Shown here one piece after another: positions 1 to 13,700 of a DNA stretch of 64,000 nt (its first letter is position 1; each line of letters opens with the position of its first letter). The stretch lies in NCBI RefSeq assembly GCF_009834535.1, contig NC_045696.1, positions 31,126,001 to 31,190,000 on the forward strand, in the 5' to 3' direction. Below the pieces are notes generated by a model. The model worked only from the letters and a program-made list of their open reading frames with translations, was not told the DNA's origin and did not search any database. This DNA is from Camelus ferus (Eukaryota). The translations under genes were made by a program, and so were the position numbers.

Positions 1-220
1 CAACGTAACAGCATTATTTATAATATTGTAATCCTGGAACCCAAATTCTCATCAACAGTAGAATGTGGTGGTTTATACACATATGGAATACCTTACAGCA
101 ATATAAAATAACAAATTAACATATTTCAATAACATGAATGAGTCTCAGAGAATGTTAAATTAATCTAAAAAATCAGACTTAAATGATGTCTATTGTATAT
201 TCCATTTATATAAAGTAGAA
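1..220 (+). mobile_element. Old LINE-1 (L1M/L1ME-type) 3' fragment
   Basis: Degenerate L1 3' motifs: catcaacagtagaatg, atggaatac..cagcaat, aacatgaatgagtctca, ttccatttatataaagt. Confidence 0.7.
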
Positions 221-1439
221 TCCAATGGGGGATTCCCAAGAAAAGAGAAGAGATATTAATAACATAATAAAAATCATTACTTGGGAGAAGAAAAGTAGTT
301 TAAAAAGAATCAAGAAGGGAAAAAGAAGGCATATTATGATTTAAATACTACTTGTGGAAGAACCATACTTACTAACAAAAACAACAGTTGAATGCAAATT
401 TTCATTTGTTGCATGATATATTAAAACATATGTTGTGATTAACTCCATAAGGTTTCAATGATATTTTGTAATATGCTTTACCTTACAGAGTCTTGGAAAT
501 ATATACTAGTATCTACTTTATTTCCCAGAATATCTTAAAGCAGAATTTTCCACTAATCCTAAATTTGCCCACGAGGTTGGATTGATTGCTCTGCTTTTCC
601 TTAATCTTCTTCTCATACTTGGTTTTACTGAGGGAGAGCAAACTACTGAGAACATGTTCAGCCTCAAGAAAGTTTATGTGTCTATGTGAATTAAAAGCCC
701 TAACTCTATGATTTAATTCTAATAATTGCAATCTAGGATATTTGAATATAGAATTTAAACCATCAAACTGTGACTAAAATAATCAATAGAAACAAAATTG
801 AAAACCTTAAAATAACATTAAAGAAAGTTAATGCCACTACTAAAATTTCAATAAAATCTTTTTTTAAAATTGTATTATATATATGTGTATATGTATTCAA
901 AAGTTTATATAGATGACACTGGTTGAAATTCAGGCTTTGTAATATCTGTAAAATAAATGCATCCATTCTAATTTGTCTTTCCATGATCCTATACCTTAGC
1001 CATCTGTTCAATAATGAAGTGTTCCTTGTATTTTAAATGTTAAATTGTTTTGTTTAGATTGACAGTTAATATATTAATACTTTTACCCATTTTGCATTTA
1101 CATGAATAATAAGATTCCTAGTATTTTATTCTCAGGTTATCAATAGTGACTAGTTTAATTAAGATATTTAATGGTAAGTTATTATTTATTAACATTGATG
1201 TTTCAATATTAATTAATGTGATATCAATTAATAGTTTAATAATATTAAACAGTATACCTTAATAGTTTGATCAAGTAATTTTAATAGTAATAAGTTTAGT
1301 TACATGATTAGCAATATTCTTGTAAGATAATAATTGTTAAATATGAATATTAAATTCAATACTTTTAATGAGCACATTGAATCTCAGTGAAGTGAAATTT
1401 TCTTATATTTGTGACTTCCTTACATTTTCAACATACTTT

Positions 1440-1640
1440 ACAATATAGAAAAATTTTTCTGCACTCATATTTATGGTCCTCACAACAATCCTATAAAATA
1501 GGCATAGTGACAATTATCTCCATTTTATGGGTGATAAACTAGACTCTGGAATTTTAATAGCTCCCTAAATCTCACATATCTTGTATATTGTGATGTTAGA
1601 ATTACTTGCCAGTCCACTATTATTTCCAACATGCCACATT
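1440..1640 (-). mobile_element. MIR SINE
   Basis: Reverse complement of the MIR core: cctcacaacaatcctat...atctccattttatgggtgataaact. Confidence 0.7.
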
Positions 1641-2559
1641 TCCTTTGACATTGTCACCTCAATGTCAGTTGAGAAATCACTCAGAACCCTCAGTTAATAA
1701 GTTAATTTATATTTTCATTACAAAGTTCCATTTGTCAGAAGGAACTACAAAATATCAGTAATATGTATTTTTATAGTAGCTAAATAAAAAAAACTATAAA
1801 ATCCAGGTATTATACTGGAAGAAAAGGAAAATATAAGAACTTAAAAAGCAAACAAAAAAAGTAAACACTTTATGGCTCCAGACACAGATGGGCATTAGAA
1901 ATTGCATCTTGTCAGGCATCATATTTACAGTTATAAAAATGAATAACTGGAGATCCAAGAAATTGTTAAGAAAAAAAAATGGAGAAGTACTCCTATGCAT
2001 CATCAGTAGTACTACATGCAGAATTATTTTTAATTTTAATTGAACTGGGAAGATGGACTATGCTCAAAGTGGCACCTCCTTTTATCTTGTCATTTCAGAT
2101 TTCCTAAAACATTTAATGCATCAGTATGTTGTTATGCAAATTTAATGCCCTTTGATTTAATCATCACATTGTTACAAGAATATATAATAAAATAAGATGA
2201 ATCTTATTTTAAACAGGAGACCAGATGTAGATATAGTTTCACATATGCTGTGGCTCCCAGGATAAAATAATTTCTTCAAGAGAGCTTATAACATTTTAAC
2301 TGACTATTAACCTAAAATATAACAAAGTAGGCTTCAAATTATTAATCATGATGACATCTAAGCTCTTACCAGATTAACTATACTGTGAATAAAACAATAA
2401 AAAGAAGAAAAACATAATCATGTCATACAAATTTCTCAAATAATAGTGATCCCAAATTTTAAAAGTAGATATTGTTGAAAGATGTATTTCATTTATTGTT
2501 AACACTTAGTGACAACAGAATGAGTTTAAAACCTTATCTTTTTCTAGTATGAGTTCTTA

Positions 2560-2780
2560 CCTTTTTCTAGTTTTATTGACGTATTGCATTGTAAAGTTTA
2601 AAGTGTACAACATATGATTTGACATAAGCATATATTGCCAAATGATTACCACAGTAAGTTTAGTTAACATCCATCAGCTCACATAGTTACAGTATTTTTC
2701 CCTTCTGATGAAAACTTTCAAGATCTACTCTCTAAATAATTTTCAAATATACAATACAGTATTGTTAATTATTGTCATTA
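2560..2780 (-). mobile_element. LINE-1 3' end (L1MA/L1MB-like)
   Basis: aagtttaaagtgtacaacat, aatgattaccacagtaagtttagttaacatccatc, aagatctactctc..tttcaaatatacaatacagtatt. Confidence 0.8.
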
Positions 2781-3323
2781 TGTTACCAAGTCCAAGTCCA
2801 AACTCATTCTGCTCCCCACACGACAGGCCAATAAATCAAGAGATGAGGGGTTGGGGCAAGGAATAGCAACTTTATTCAGAAAGCTGGCAAACTGAGAAAA
2901 TGGCAGACTAATGCCTTGGAGAACCATCTTCCCCAAGTCAGAATTCAGGCTCCTTTTATACTAAAAAGTGGAGGGGGTATGCTTGGTTGTTGCAAACTTC
3001 TTGGTGTAGGAATTCTTTTTTCTTGGAATGCTTTGTTCTTGCAGCTGTCCACGTGGGTCAGGTTATGGTATCCCTGTAAAACCTCCAACAAAACAAATGT
3101 TACTTTCTATTCTGCAACTTCTTATCTTTATATGAATGGAAATGTGTTAATATCCTTAAAGGTTAGAACCTTGAGAATAGACTCTCCTGTATATTTCAGG
3201 CTATAAGCAACATTCTTTTTACAAAAGGTGCAGAACCAGCAAGATTAAGCCTAGGAAACAGCACAGGGTTAAAGTCAAAAGAACAGATTTAACAAGGAGT
3301 CAGATTTGTTCTTGTCTATTAAA
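2781..3323 (-). mobile_element. ERV1-type solo LTR
   Basis: Starts TGTTACC; AATAAA on the minus strand (tttatt, about 2871) and TATA-like ttttata (about 2954); imperfect 4-bp TSD atta/attg; higher GC than the flanks. Confidence 0.75.
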
Positions 3324-3719
3324 ATTGTATTTTTGATTTTCTTGTTTAAAATTCAGTGTAAAGTTGCCAAAGTAATAGCTCTCTCATGAAACTATTTTCT
3401 AAGAAAATGATTAATAGAAAATATTTTAGTAGACATGAGAATTTCATCTAACAATCAATCTTAAAGACTAGGGAAATATAATTTTCTATAAATAATGAAT
3501 CTAGTCTCATCCTTTATAAAATATGGTAAACTATCTCTTTCAGCAAGTATTTTGTTAGGGTGTCTTAATATTTCTATTTTCTAAAAAAGTTACAAACTTG
3601 TAGTCTCTCAAAATAGATATAATTCATATTATCTCCATTTAACTAGTTCAGTTTATAAGTTCTTATTGCTTATTCACATAAAAGATATTATTTACAACAA
3701 TTTGCATAGAGGCATTTAT

Positions 3720-4830
3720 TGGTCACCACAGTCAATGTAAGAGACATATCCAACACCTTCCAGGTCTAGGTCGAGTAAGAATTCAGCAATAGTAAACCTA
3801 TCCTAAAAGAAATATTGAAAGGTCTTCTCTAAACAGAAAAGAAGTAGGAAGTTACAGAAAAGAGAAAACTATAATTGGCAATGCAATAACTACAATGAGC
3901 TGCAAGAGAATAAACGTGAAGATGCAAAAGAGGACATCAAAATTATAGAATGTGGGCTGAGAGGGGCAAGAAAATGTAGATTTTCTTTTTGTTCTTCTTA
4001 GGATGTGTTTGAGCCTATATGACTACCAGTCTAAAGCAAACAGAGATCGCAATGGGTTAACACACTTGAAAAACAGGGTAACCACAAATAATAGCATACA
4101 ATTGAGTCACAAAAACCAAAAAGCAACCAAGCTAATACAAAGGAAAATTATCAAACCACCAAAAGAAAAGCAAAAAGAAAAAGAACAAAGACGAAGTACG
4201 AAATCAACTGGAAAACAAAGTTCAAAATGGCAATAAACACACATCTATCAATAACCATAAACGTCAATGGACTAAATGCTCCAATCAACACCTTCCAGAG
4301 TTTCCTGCCTTTTTTTTGTATGTTTGTTGTATGTTACATGATCACTTACCATGAGACCTACCCTCTCAAAACATTTTTAAGTGGACTATATAGTACTGTT
4401 AACTATAGACACTATGTTGTACAGAAAATCTCTAGTGTAACTGAAACTTTTTACCCATTAAATAACAACATTCCATTTCCCCACTCCCTTGCCCCTGGCA
4501 ACCATTATCATATTTTCAGCTTCTATGAGTTTGACTATTTTAGATATCTTATGTAAGTAGAATCAGGCTGTATTTGTGTTTATGACTAGATTGTTTCACT
4601 TAGCATAGTGTCCTTCAGGCTCATCCATGTTGTCTCTAATGACAGCAATTCCTGCTTTGTTGAGGCTGAAAAAAATATTTATATGTATATATTATGTAAT
4701 CTTTACCCATTTATCAATTGTTAGACATCTGGGTTATTCCTATACCTTGGCTATTCTGAATAATGTGCCAGTAAACATGAGAGTGCAGGTATTTCTTCAA
4801 GCTCCTGACTTCTGTTATTTTGGACATATA
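3720..4830 (-). mobile_element. L1MB-like 3' region, interrupted by a younger L1 fragment at 3764-4285
   Basis: cccttgcccctggcaaccatt, ttctatgagtttgactattttagata, tttcacttagcatagtgtccttcaggctcatccatgttgtc, ttggctattctgaataatg. Confidence 0.85.
3764..4285 (+). mobile_element. Internal LINE-1 fragment: ORF1 C-terminus, about 394-bp inter-ORF spacer, first about 20 codons of ORF2
   Basis: EFSNSKPILKEILKGLL* (stop 3830-3832) resembles the ORF1 end; ATG 4227 gives MAINTHLSITINVNGLNAPI, the ORF2 endonuclease N-terminal motif; 13-bp direct repeat caacaccttccag at 3751-3763 and 4286-4298. Confidence 0.9.
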
Positions 4831-6169
4831 CCCATAAGTGCTATTGTGATCTTCTTTGGTCAAATCACTCCTGCATGGAAAATAAGTTAGAGAGAAAACA
4901 TAACACAGTTCAAATGTGTGACCAGTAATGATCACACATACTTGTTCATGCAACATTATGTATTCATCCTAGTAATACACACAAATGCCTGGTGCTGCTT
5001 TGTTTTGGTAAGTTTTGTTAATGATATGTCTGTAAATGAATACAAGTAAATACTGCATTAAGAAAATCATTTCTATGTTGAAAAATATTCCTGCTGAGAC
5101 TTTTTGTTTTGCTTCAGTATACACTCCCTACTTTTCTTTATTAAGAATCTAAGATTTCTCTGTGTCTTTTATTATTATCATTATCATCACCATTATTATA
5201 TGTAGTAGCTGAGAAGATGAATTGGCATGGACTATTTTTGTTTGTTTTAATTTCATCAGGGGTACTTGTAGCATTCTATAATATGTGGATATTGGTTAAG
5301 AGAAAGCTATGCATATGTAGCTTAAAAACCCATTTCTATAATTTTTGATGTCAAAGATACTGAATTTTCCCCACCAAGTTAAAAGGATTTTTCCCCTCTT
5401 TTGTTTTAAATTGGTGACATGTTAAAAAAGATAAAAGCAGTAGGAACTAGTACATTTGCTCTAATTTATTTTAATAAGTTTGAATCTAGTCCCATCAGAT
5501 TTTTTTTGTTTCAGATTAAATGATAAAATTTTTGACTATTTTTTTACATTCTGCTTATTTTGACATTCATAATGTACATAAATATGAATTAACCATAGAG
5601 AAGATAATATTTACTTCTTTATTTTTTGGAGTAGCATTTTTTTAGGGAACTATTGAATCAAAAAGAGGTTTTAAGAAACCTCTTCTATAGCTAAATAAAT
5701 ATAACTCTGTTTCATTTTTAATTTATTAATGGGTTTACAAAAGAGAGATATGAAAAAATATAGTATTTCCCTCTCATAATAAAAGCACGAGCAAATTATT
5801 ACATGATGCAGAGGGTCATAGTCTAACCTTCAACGTTTTATGATTCACTGACCAAGTTCAAGGGAAGCAGACAGTCATTTGTCACAGCCATTGTGGCAAG
5901 CACATTATCACCCAGTGTTTAGAGAGATAAATTGCCATAAGGTTGTATTTTCAAGATGGAAAGGAGCTTCAGCCTCTATGGGGCCACAAGCAGAAATCAA
6001 GCAGAAATTTGCCCCAGAAATAGTGTAATCCTTCACAGGCCAACCTGATGAAAAAAATAACCAATTATTTAATCCTTAATTTTTTTTCTCTTTTCAGTTT
6101 TCTAAAAAGACAGAATTATAACTTCATTTCATAAATATTTTTTATCCTTTTTCACTACCTCATCCTGTA

Positions 6170-6390
6170 CAGGGACTATTCTGATGCCTTCTACAAGTTC
6201 CTAGCAAGGTCACCATGGGAACTGAGCCCTGAGTGCACACTCGGGACCAGCCCAGTTGCAGATGCTTCAGTGTCTTTTGTTCTCCATTTCACTCTCTCTA
6301 GTTCTTCATTCTGCTTCCGAAACCACCTCCCAATACACTACTTGCTTCCGAATCCCAGAGGCTCTGCTTTTGGGATAACCCAACTGAAAA
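6170..6390 (+). mobile_element. LTR16-like ERVL LTR, 3' part
   Basis: cacctcccaatacactacttgc...ggctctgcttttgggataacccaact resembles the LTR16-family 3' end. Confidence 0.6.
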
Positions 6391-7289
6391 AAGAAAAGAT
6401 AAGGAAACTGGTTTTTGCCATGATCTTTTAGTACTTTTTAGACATGCAGATGGAAGTATACAGACCATTCAATAACTTCTGAAACTAGGCATGAATGAAA
6501 TCTTGCCGAGAGAGAGATGCTGAACAGGGAAAATAGCCAAGAGTCTCGCTTTGATGAAGTGAAATATGTCAAGGCAGACAGGGGAGGATGGACTGGCAAC
6601 AGAAGCAGAGAGGGGATAGAGAGAGTAACAGAGTGACTCCAAACGAAGAGAAAACTTCAGTGATGCAAAGCACAGTCCATTTTTGTGTTCCCAGTGGTTA
6701 AATAAAATAATGACTAAAATATCTCTGTTGTGTCTAAGAGACATAAAAGTCATTCTTACTAAAATGTTGGGCAAAAGCCACCTGGAGTTGGTTGAGTGAA
6801 AACAATGGAAAGCTTCTTTGTAAACAACCAATCCGTGCATAAGCAGAGAGCCTGTTAACTCAATGGGAAATCTCACTCAATGGAAAATCCAGGGGATCTA
6901 TTCATTTGTTAAATTTAGAAGAATCTGTTTGTTCACATTTTCGTATGAACAGATCTCGGATCTTAACAACAGACAGGGCTTCAGGTATTCAACTATGTAT
7001 GTTTTAACTTGAAAAAGCACAACTTCATTTTGTTGAAATATTACTGGAAAAATTAATCACAAACTTATGCACTTAAACAAATATGAAGTAGAACATCTTT
7101 TTGTATGCTGAATTTTGTCCCAGGCCAGATGTCATTCAGTAAACTTGAATAAGCATGCATTTTTATTTGTGTCTAAACTGATGTATATTAGTAATGTCAA
7201 AACACTTCTTCTATATAAAAATCATATTGTGATTAAAATAAATATTACTGATAATTCTAAGAAGCCCTTATAGCTTCCTGAGTAATAAA

Positions 7290-7545
7290 AGGTATAGTGA
7301 AATCATTAAGAACATATGATCTGAAATTAGACCACCCAGATTTAAATCATTTGTTCACCCCTTCCTATCTTTGAGAACTTAGGAAAGTGATTTTATCTGC
7401 CTATCCCATAATATTTTAATATGAAAATTGAATATAAATAGAAAGAATTCTTCATAGAATTGGTAGGAGATTGAATGGGCTAATCCATGTAAGTACTTAA
7501 AACATGAGTGGTATAAACGCTCAGTTAACATAAACTACTTTATTA
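7290..7545 (+). mobile_element. MIR SINE, near full length
   Basis: ttaagaacatatgatctgaaattagac..., ttcatagaattggtaggagattgaatgggctaatccatgtaagtacttaaaaca. Confidence 0.75.
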
Positions 7546-10500
7546 AGTGCTTATCCTATGCTCAACTCTAACATAAGTATTTTATAATAGTATCACTTTT
7601 AAACCATTCTTTGAGCTACTGAGTTTACTGATGTTCACGGACTGTAAATAATTGACTGATAGGTCCAAGACAGAAAAGAACTGTTCTTCTTAAAAAAAAA
7701 AAAAATAGCTTCTTCCCTTGAATACTATGAATTTTGTGGTTTAGAATCCAGTAAGTTTTTCTCTCCTTATTCTTTGGGAAACTTACTGGTTTTATTAATA
7801 TACAGGAACTCTGGAGTTTTATTAATATACGGAAACTTTGGGCAGTGAAATAAAAACACATTATGACATCTCCAAAGTAATTTGTTCATGTGGGCTTTCG
7901 GCCTTCATTCTCTCTGAAAATCGATACTTGGGAAATTAGTAACGTGTCTTCTCTCTTTTTTATTTTACAAATATTTATGATTTCAGACAGTATTACTTTT
8001 ATAAGGAAAGCATAGACACATTGCTGAAGAATATCAGAGAATGGAAGATAGATTTTCATTGGCAGTGCAACAGACTATTAAAAGTAGAAAAAGACAGAAA
8101 TGATCATAGCTCTACATGCTTATCTTACATGTTGCCTGTTTTTCTTGTTCGATTTGGCTCTCTCTTTGCCTGTATTTATACCTCCCTTCATGTCCACAAA
8201 TGTCTGTTGTTCAACTCCGCAGGGCCTAAACCTCAACATCCATCATCAGAGGGACCACTGATTTAGGGCAGATCCCACATTGGTGATACTGTTTCGTTTC
8301 AGTTCCACAGTCCTCTGCAAAGTGCTGCAGCACTCCTAGATTTACAGATAGGTCACTGATGGTTAGACAGGTAAGTAAACTACACATAAACAGGAAACCT
8401 GGTAGTTAAATACATCCTTCTCCCCTCATTATTCTTTGAAATGATAGTGGATCAGACACATGTTTGGGAATCATAACTGAAGCTGTAGGAATGGGCACTC
8501 AGGCTAATGACTAACATGGCTTAATTTGCTTTCTAACAGTAGGCAAAGCCTTAACTCAGAGAACTGGATATTGGATTGTTAGAATTTCCAGCACTTTGAC
8601 AGGCATATGGCAGAAAAATTATGGAGACTCAAAAGCCAACTAGTCAGAAGTCTAGCTTTGGTCTGGAGGCTATAATTGACTATTTGGGATGGATCATGGT
8701 GTCAACTGATGAAGAAGCTTTTATTGGAAAGCAGTGGTTCAGATGTCCACAAGATCAGTTTTGAAACAAGAACTGAAAGTGTAGCTAAAATAAAAGTGTG
8801 GGACTGTTTTTCTTATTTAGTGCTGTGTGCACCTATTTTCAGAGTTACTGCTCTGTGGAGTACTTCCTGTCCCTAGTGCAATACTTGAGTAAGAATCTTA
8901 TCCAACCAAAGTAAGAGATTAATAAGCAACCATATAAAAATACGAAAACTCTGTTATCCACTTTAGTTATATATTTGAAATTCAATACATTTTTAGAGTT
9001 AAATCTAAGTAGTAGGTATTTGTTACACTAAAATTTACATTAAAAGGCCGAGTCACCTAACTCCAAGATGCAGAGCAATTTATTGAATTTAGGAATCTCT
9101 ACTCATGCCTCTTTCAATGCCTTGAAACCACTCTCATTTTAGTATTTCTCTCACCTTTTACTTTTTCTTAAATCACCCTTTTTTCTTTTACTCTAATAAC
9201 GTTCCAAATTAAAATCTGAAAATCATGTGATCCAAAACACCATATTAAGAAAAACTTTGATCTTAGGTATACAGTGCATATATTCTCCAACTGTCAAAGC
9301 AGTTCTCACTGATAGCTACGCTCATTTATAAAGCGGACTATTCAAATGCAGAAGTGCTAAAATTATATTCATAACTAATCTTATGGTATCTCTCAGGTAA
9401 GCTAAAAGGACTTTTTAATTGGGAAAATGACAAAATCTTAAACATATTTAAATGATTTGTAAAGATGCTCTTAGCTTAAAAGATGAGAATATGCAAAAAT
9501 ATGAACAGGCAGTTTTTCAATGAATAATAAATAGATATATGTTTGCAAATAAAGAGGATCAACACGAGCAAGTCTAAACTGCAGAGTTTCGTATGCAGAG
9601 AGAATTTCCCAGGAGAAACGAAGATAACAATCCAATTAAGGTGTTACTGTATGTAAATGAGAAATTGCAATTTAAGTTACCATAATAAGGAAGAAATCCA
9701 AAAGCAAAGTAATGTATTTCTTGTTTTATTTCAAACAAGTCAAATGATAAGTTGTCAAAGGAGTAGGTAAGCTTCAGGTGATCAGGAGATGAAGGGAATC
9801 GGGTTGTAAAATATATTAAATGATGGATGGCTTTTGAGTGTTAGCAGAAAGCCGTATCATCACTTCACAATTAAAAATTCATTAGAATTTGCGAGGCCAG
9901 GATAACATTTAGTAAATCGAAGCAGCATGTGAGAAATTTGAATGAGTATAAGCACTTAATAGAATAATCAGTGCTCAAACTAGTATAACTCAAAATAATA
10001 ATTTATAAATGTGCATACTCTAATAGTCTTACCATTAACTAAATAATAAAACTATGACTATTGCTCCAAATATTATTAGCATCAAACCATTTGCTTCAAT
10101 TTTGTTCCATTGTATTAGTTAAGACTAAATTGTTTATCTCAAATAAAAGGGAATATTCAAGTTCAAATGCTATATTCAAGTTGAATATTCAAGTTCAAAT
10201 CCAAGTTCTGCCTCTTCCAGGGAAACTTTTCAGTGTCCACTGAACAGATGATCTCTCTTCTAAACTCTCAAACCACTTTAAAAAAATAATAAATCATGGT
10301 ATTTATCATGTACAAATAATCAGTGTCCCATTCAAAGGCAAGGTGATCTATTAAAAAAATGATGTGTTTTTGCAAATCTTAGGAAACTGAACAATAGCTT
10401 TTTTTGTATGTAACACAAAATTTTAAAATGTTGAATCAATTGCATGCATGAACAAAAAAACTCAGTGAAGAGAGTGACATAATCATTTTATCTCTCTGTC

Positions 10501-10559
10501 CTAATACCTTGACATGAAGAGTGGGAGGTGTGAATGCCAAATAAGAGACCTTACTCATG

Positions 10560-10790
10560 ATTTCTTGGTTTGCACAGAATGTTCAAAAACATCTGAATTT
10601 GTTGCTTATATTTAACTCTCAAAAAAATTGATACAGAACCTGAATTTCTGTTCTCTCTCAAAATTAGATTTGGTAACACAGGCATCACATTCACAGGACA
10701 ATGACAAGAAGTATCTGACTTCAGGGTCCCCCATTTAGAATGAGGGCTCACCTGTTGACCCGTTAGCTCATTTCTCTAATTTACCTACTC
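10560..10790 (-). mobile_element. MER102-like hAT-Charlie DNA transposon fossil
   Basis: ctgaatttgttgcttatattta...gaatttctgttctctctcaaaattagatttggtaacacaggc...cccatttaga. Confidence 0.55.
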
Positions 10791-13700
10791 TCCTGAATCC
10801 TCATCTCTGCTATGGGTTTCGTTTACAGAAGGAGTAAAAATACATTTAAAAAATTAAGTGATATGTTTTATAATACCTGTTCTTATTTAAAAGTCACTTA
10901 AGTTTTAATGAAGCACACAGATTAGGTCCTTTAAATATTCAAAAGATTATGTTTAACATACTTGCTAAAGGACTGGAGAAAGAGTCACAAGATAGACAAG
11001 AATCTAATGATGTCATCAATTACTTAGATGTTTTAATAAAGTAAAGGCACAGTAGTTTCATAAGGTTTTTAGCATTAATTTACTGAAGAAATAGTGAAAA
11101 ATCATCTCTAAAATCTTTGTCTCAGAGGACACGTGTGTGAGTTTACAAAAGTCTTAATAAACCATAATGTTCCTGATTTTAATGAGTTTTATCACACACA
11201 CAAAAATCTATTACACATTTATGAAAAACAGCCCTCAAGTGTATGCATTTTCATAATGCCTTTTCCAATCTTTTGAACAGTTGCCTAGAATGTGTTACAA
11301 TTTTTATGTTCATATTTTTTAAGTTTATAAGAATTTTATTTCTTTTTGGAATAACAATATTTTTCTCTGGTGCTCCAGAGTGTTCCTTTTTATTTCTTTT
11401 ACTTATCCCTTGAATGATATATCATTACTGTCTCCCAGAAAAAAACCTGAAGGTGTTCCCGTTATTCACTAAAAATAATCAGCTTACAATCATACGTACT
11501 TTCATAATTTCTAAGCACCAGTAGTGTAGTAACAGGATGTTAGCACCTTAGCAGTTGTGCTAAAACAGTCAAAGTGGGAGTCCCCATCAGCCACTACACT
11601 AAACACATGATTGACTGTGAGGCACTTTTCTGGAAGTTATGGGAAACTATCTACAGCTCTTTTTAGCTACCGGAGCTACATTAGCAAATACAGTGAGAAA
11701 AAAAGAAACAAAAATATCCCTCTTCTAGTTGAGTGTTCCTTTAGAAGGAAGGACTTGGTGATTTAAAAACAAAACAATCTAAAGAAAGTGTGATTAAATG
11801 CTTTCACTGGTAAATTCTCCAAAAAAAATTAATTCATCCTCAAAAACACAACTCAGATTTAAAATAATAGCACACAAATGATAATGATTCACTAACTGGT
11901 AATTATTTGAGCCCTGCTTGCTTTTGTGTTGAAGTGTTTTGTTGTTATTAATAAGATCTAAACAGGCAAATTAAATATTTGAACAGTTTCTTCCAGACTT
12001 CATACAGATTCTGTATTTCATCTGTTAATTCACCCTTTCTATTTGAAGCACTAGGGACTTGAGAACCAAAACACCACCTGTGGTTCTATTTTATTTCTAA
12101 CACATCCCTCACTTGCGATTTTAAAGACGGCATCTAAGGGAAGCTCTTAAGGTGAATGTCCTCATTGTCATTCCAGAAAAATAATATGGTATTATCTCCT
12201 AGTGATGTGGCTCACATCTATAATAATGTTAAATCCAACTTATTCTTTTATTTTTTTCAAAGTCTTAAATGCTTAGCAGGGAGATAGAGTAGGAACCTCA
12301 TATCTGATTGCATACTTTCTGTTTTCTCAAGAAATGCAATTTAATTAACCATGGGCATTCTTCATTTATGCTTTACATTACATCTAGCTATCTTGCTGAA
12401 TATTTTCAAGTGGAATCATAATCTCTTAGATAATTACTAATGCATATTTCCTTCAAAATAAGTTTATCTTTAAGTTGAGTACTTATAAAATGTCTAGGAA
12501 TTTTTTAAATGTCCCTTACAACACAAAAAGAAAGTTTTTCTCTGTTCAGAAAACATTAAGATGAATAAATTAAATATCTTAATTCTCTATAAATATTACA
12601 CCTAAAAACTAGTAACAACTGTAAACTCCATGTTGTATTTAGATTTTCCAGTATTTTTTTTTCACTCTCTAAACTGATGTTGTGTGAAAAACTGACTTGA
12701 AGGAAAACAAAAATCTGAGTTAATTTTTTGTAACATTAGATAGAGTATTAATGCATATAAATGTGCATTTAAACATAGGCCAAGTTAGAGCTTTATGGTA
12801 AATACATTAATTATTATTAACCAGTGAAATTTCAGTTGGCCAGTAGTGAAAGTACCCAATTGTTGCAATTCCCTTAGAAAAAGCATTATTAAGAATTTTC
12901 CTTTTGAGTTCTCTGGCTTTCAATTCAATGTGGGATATAGTGAGTTTTTAAAGAAAGAATTGGCATAGAAACTAGAATTCATAGTCATATAACCTTGAAG
13001 TCATGTATTTATTACTTTAACCACTTATTATATGGGTAACAGAAATCTCACAGGGTTAAAATTGTGAAACATTGTGAGAATATAAAAACTTGGTCAAATT
13101 TTTGAATGTTAGAAGCATTAACAAGTTTGAAAATATTAGAAGGCTATCTGGAGCATCAGAATATAAAAATCTTCGTAAGTATTACTTTCATAACAGGCTA
13201 TACTTCCCATATCACAGATCTGGTTTCTTAACAGAACTCTAAATTTTATGTTTTTTTTTAACCAAAATCTTGAGATTGAAATTTTTTCCCTCATAAATAT
13301 AAGAAACAAAGATAACTTGTTTCTTAGAAGATAGCTTTTAAAATTTCCCTTCTCTTTATGGCAGAAATTTCTTAATCACATTATTTTAGGAGTGCTTAAA
13401 AATTTCATCAGAATATTAAACACAAATTTAAAAAAAGGTTTCACTGATTTTAAAGGTAAGACCAGCACATCTTTTTCACTGCATATACAAGAAAATATAA
13501 CTCATTTTTTAGTATTAAATTATTCAAAATATTCAGTCAGTTGCTTCTCACAAATAATATACCTTATGGTAGAACATATAGATATACAATATTTAAAATA
13601 TTTACCATAATAGCACTCTAAAGATTTGTTACTCTTACTCTGTATCATTTTCATTTTTTCAAAAAAGTTGGAATTTTAAATTTTTTTCTTACACAGAAGC

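Noticed and set aside
4227..4556. 109-aa ORF as a functional protein
   Set aside because: Only the first about 20 residues are L1 ORF2; the rest reads through antisense L1MB
6469..6876. Longest ORF in the track (135 aa)
   Set aside because: Non-ATG start, no homology recognised, no splice support; may overlap a degenerate MaLR-like remnant
7787..7842. Short tandem duplications (also 10152-10208, 36254-36280, 55610-55639) as array-like repeats
   Set aside because: Only 2-3 adjacent units with no spacers; ordinary slippage, not CRISPR-like
8368..8376. Isolated plus-strand donor motifs (also about 34555 and 60170)
   Set aside because: No paired acceptor or reading frame; expected by chance, and one lies inside a Tigger fossil
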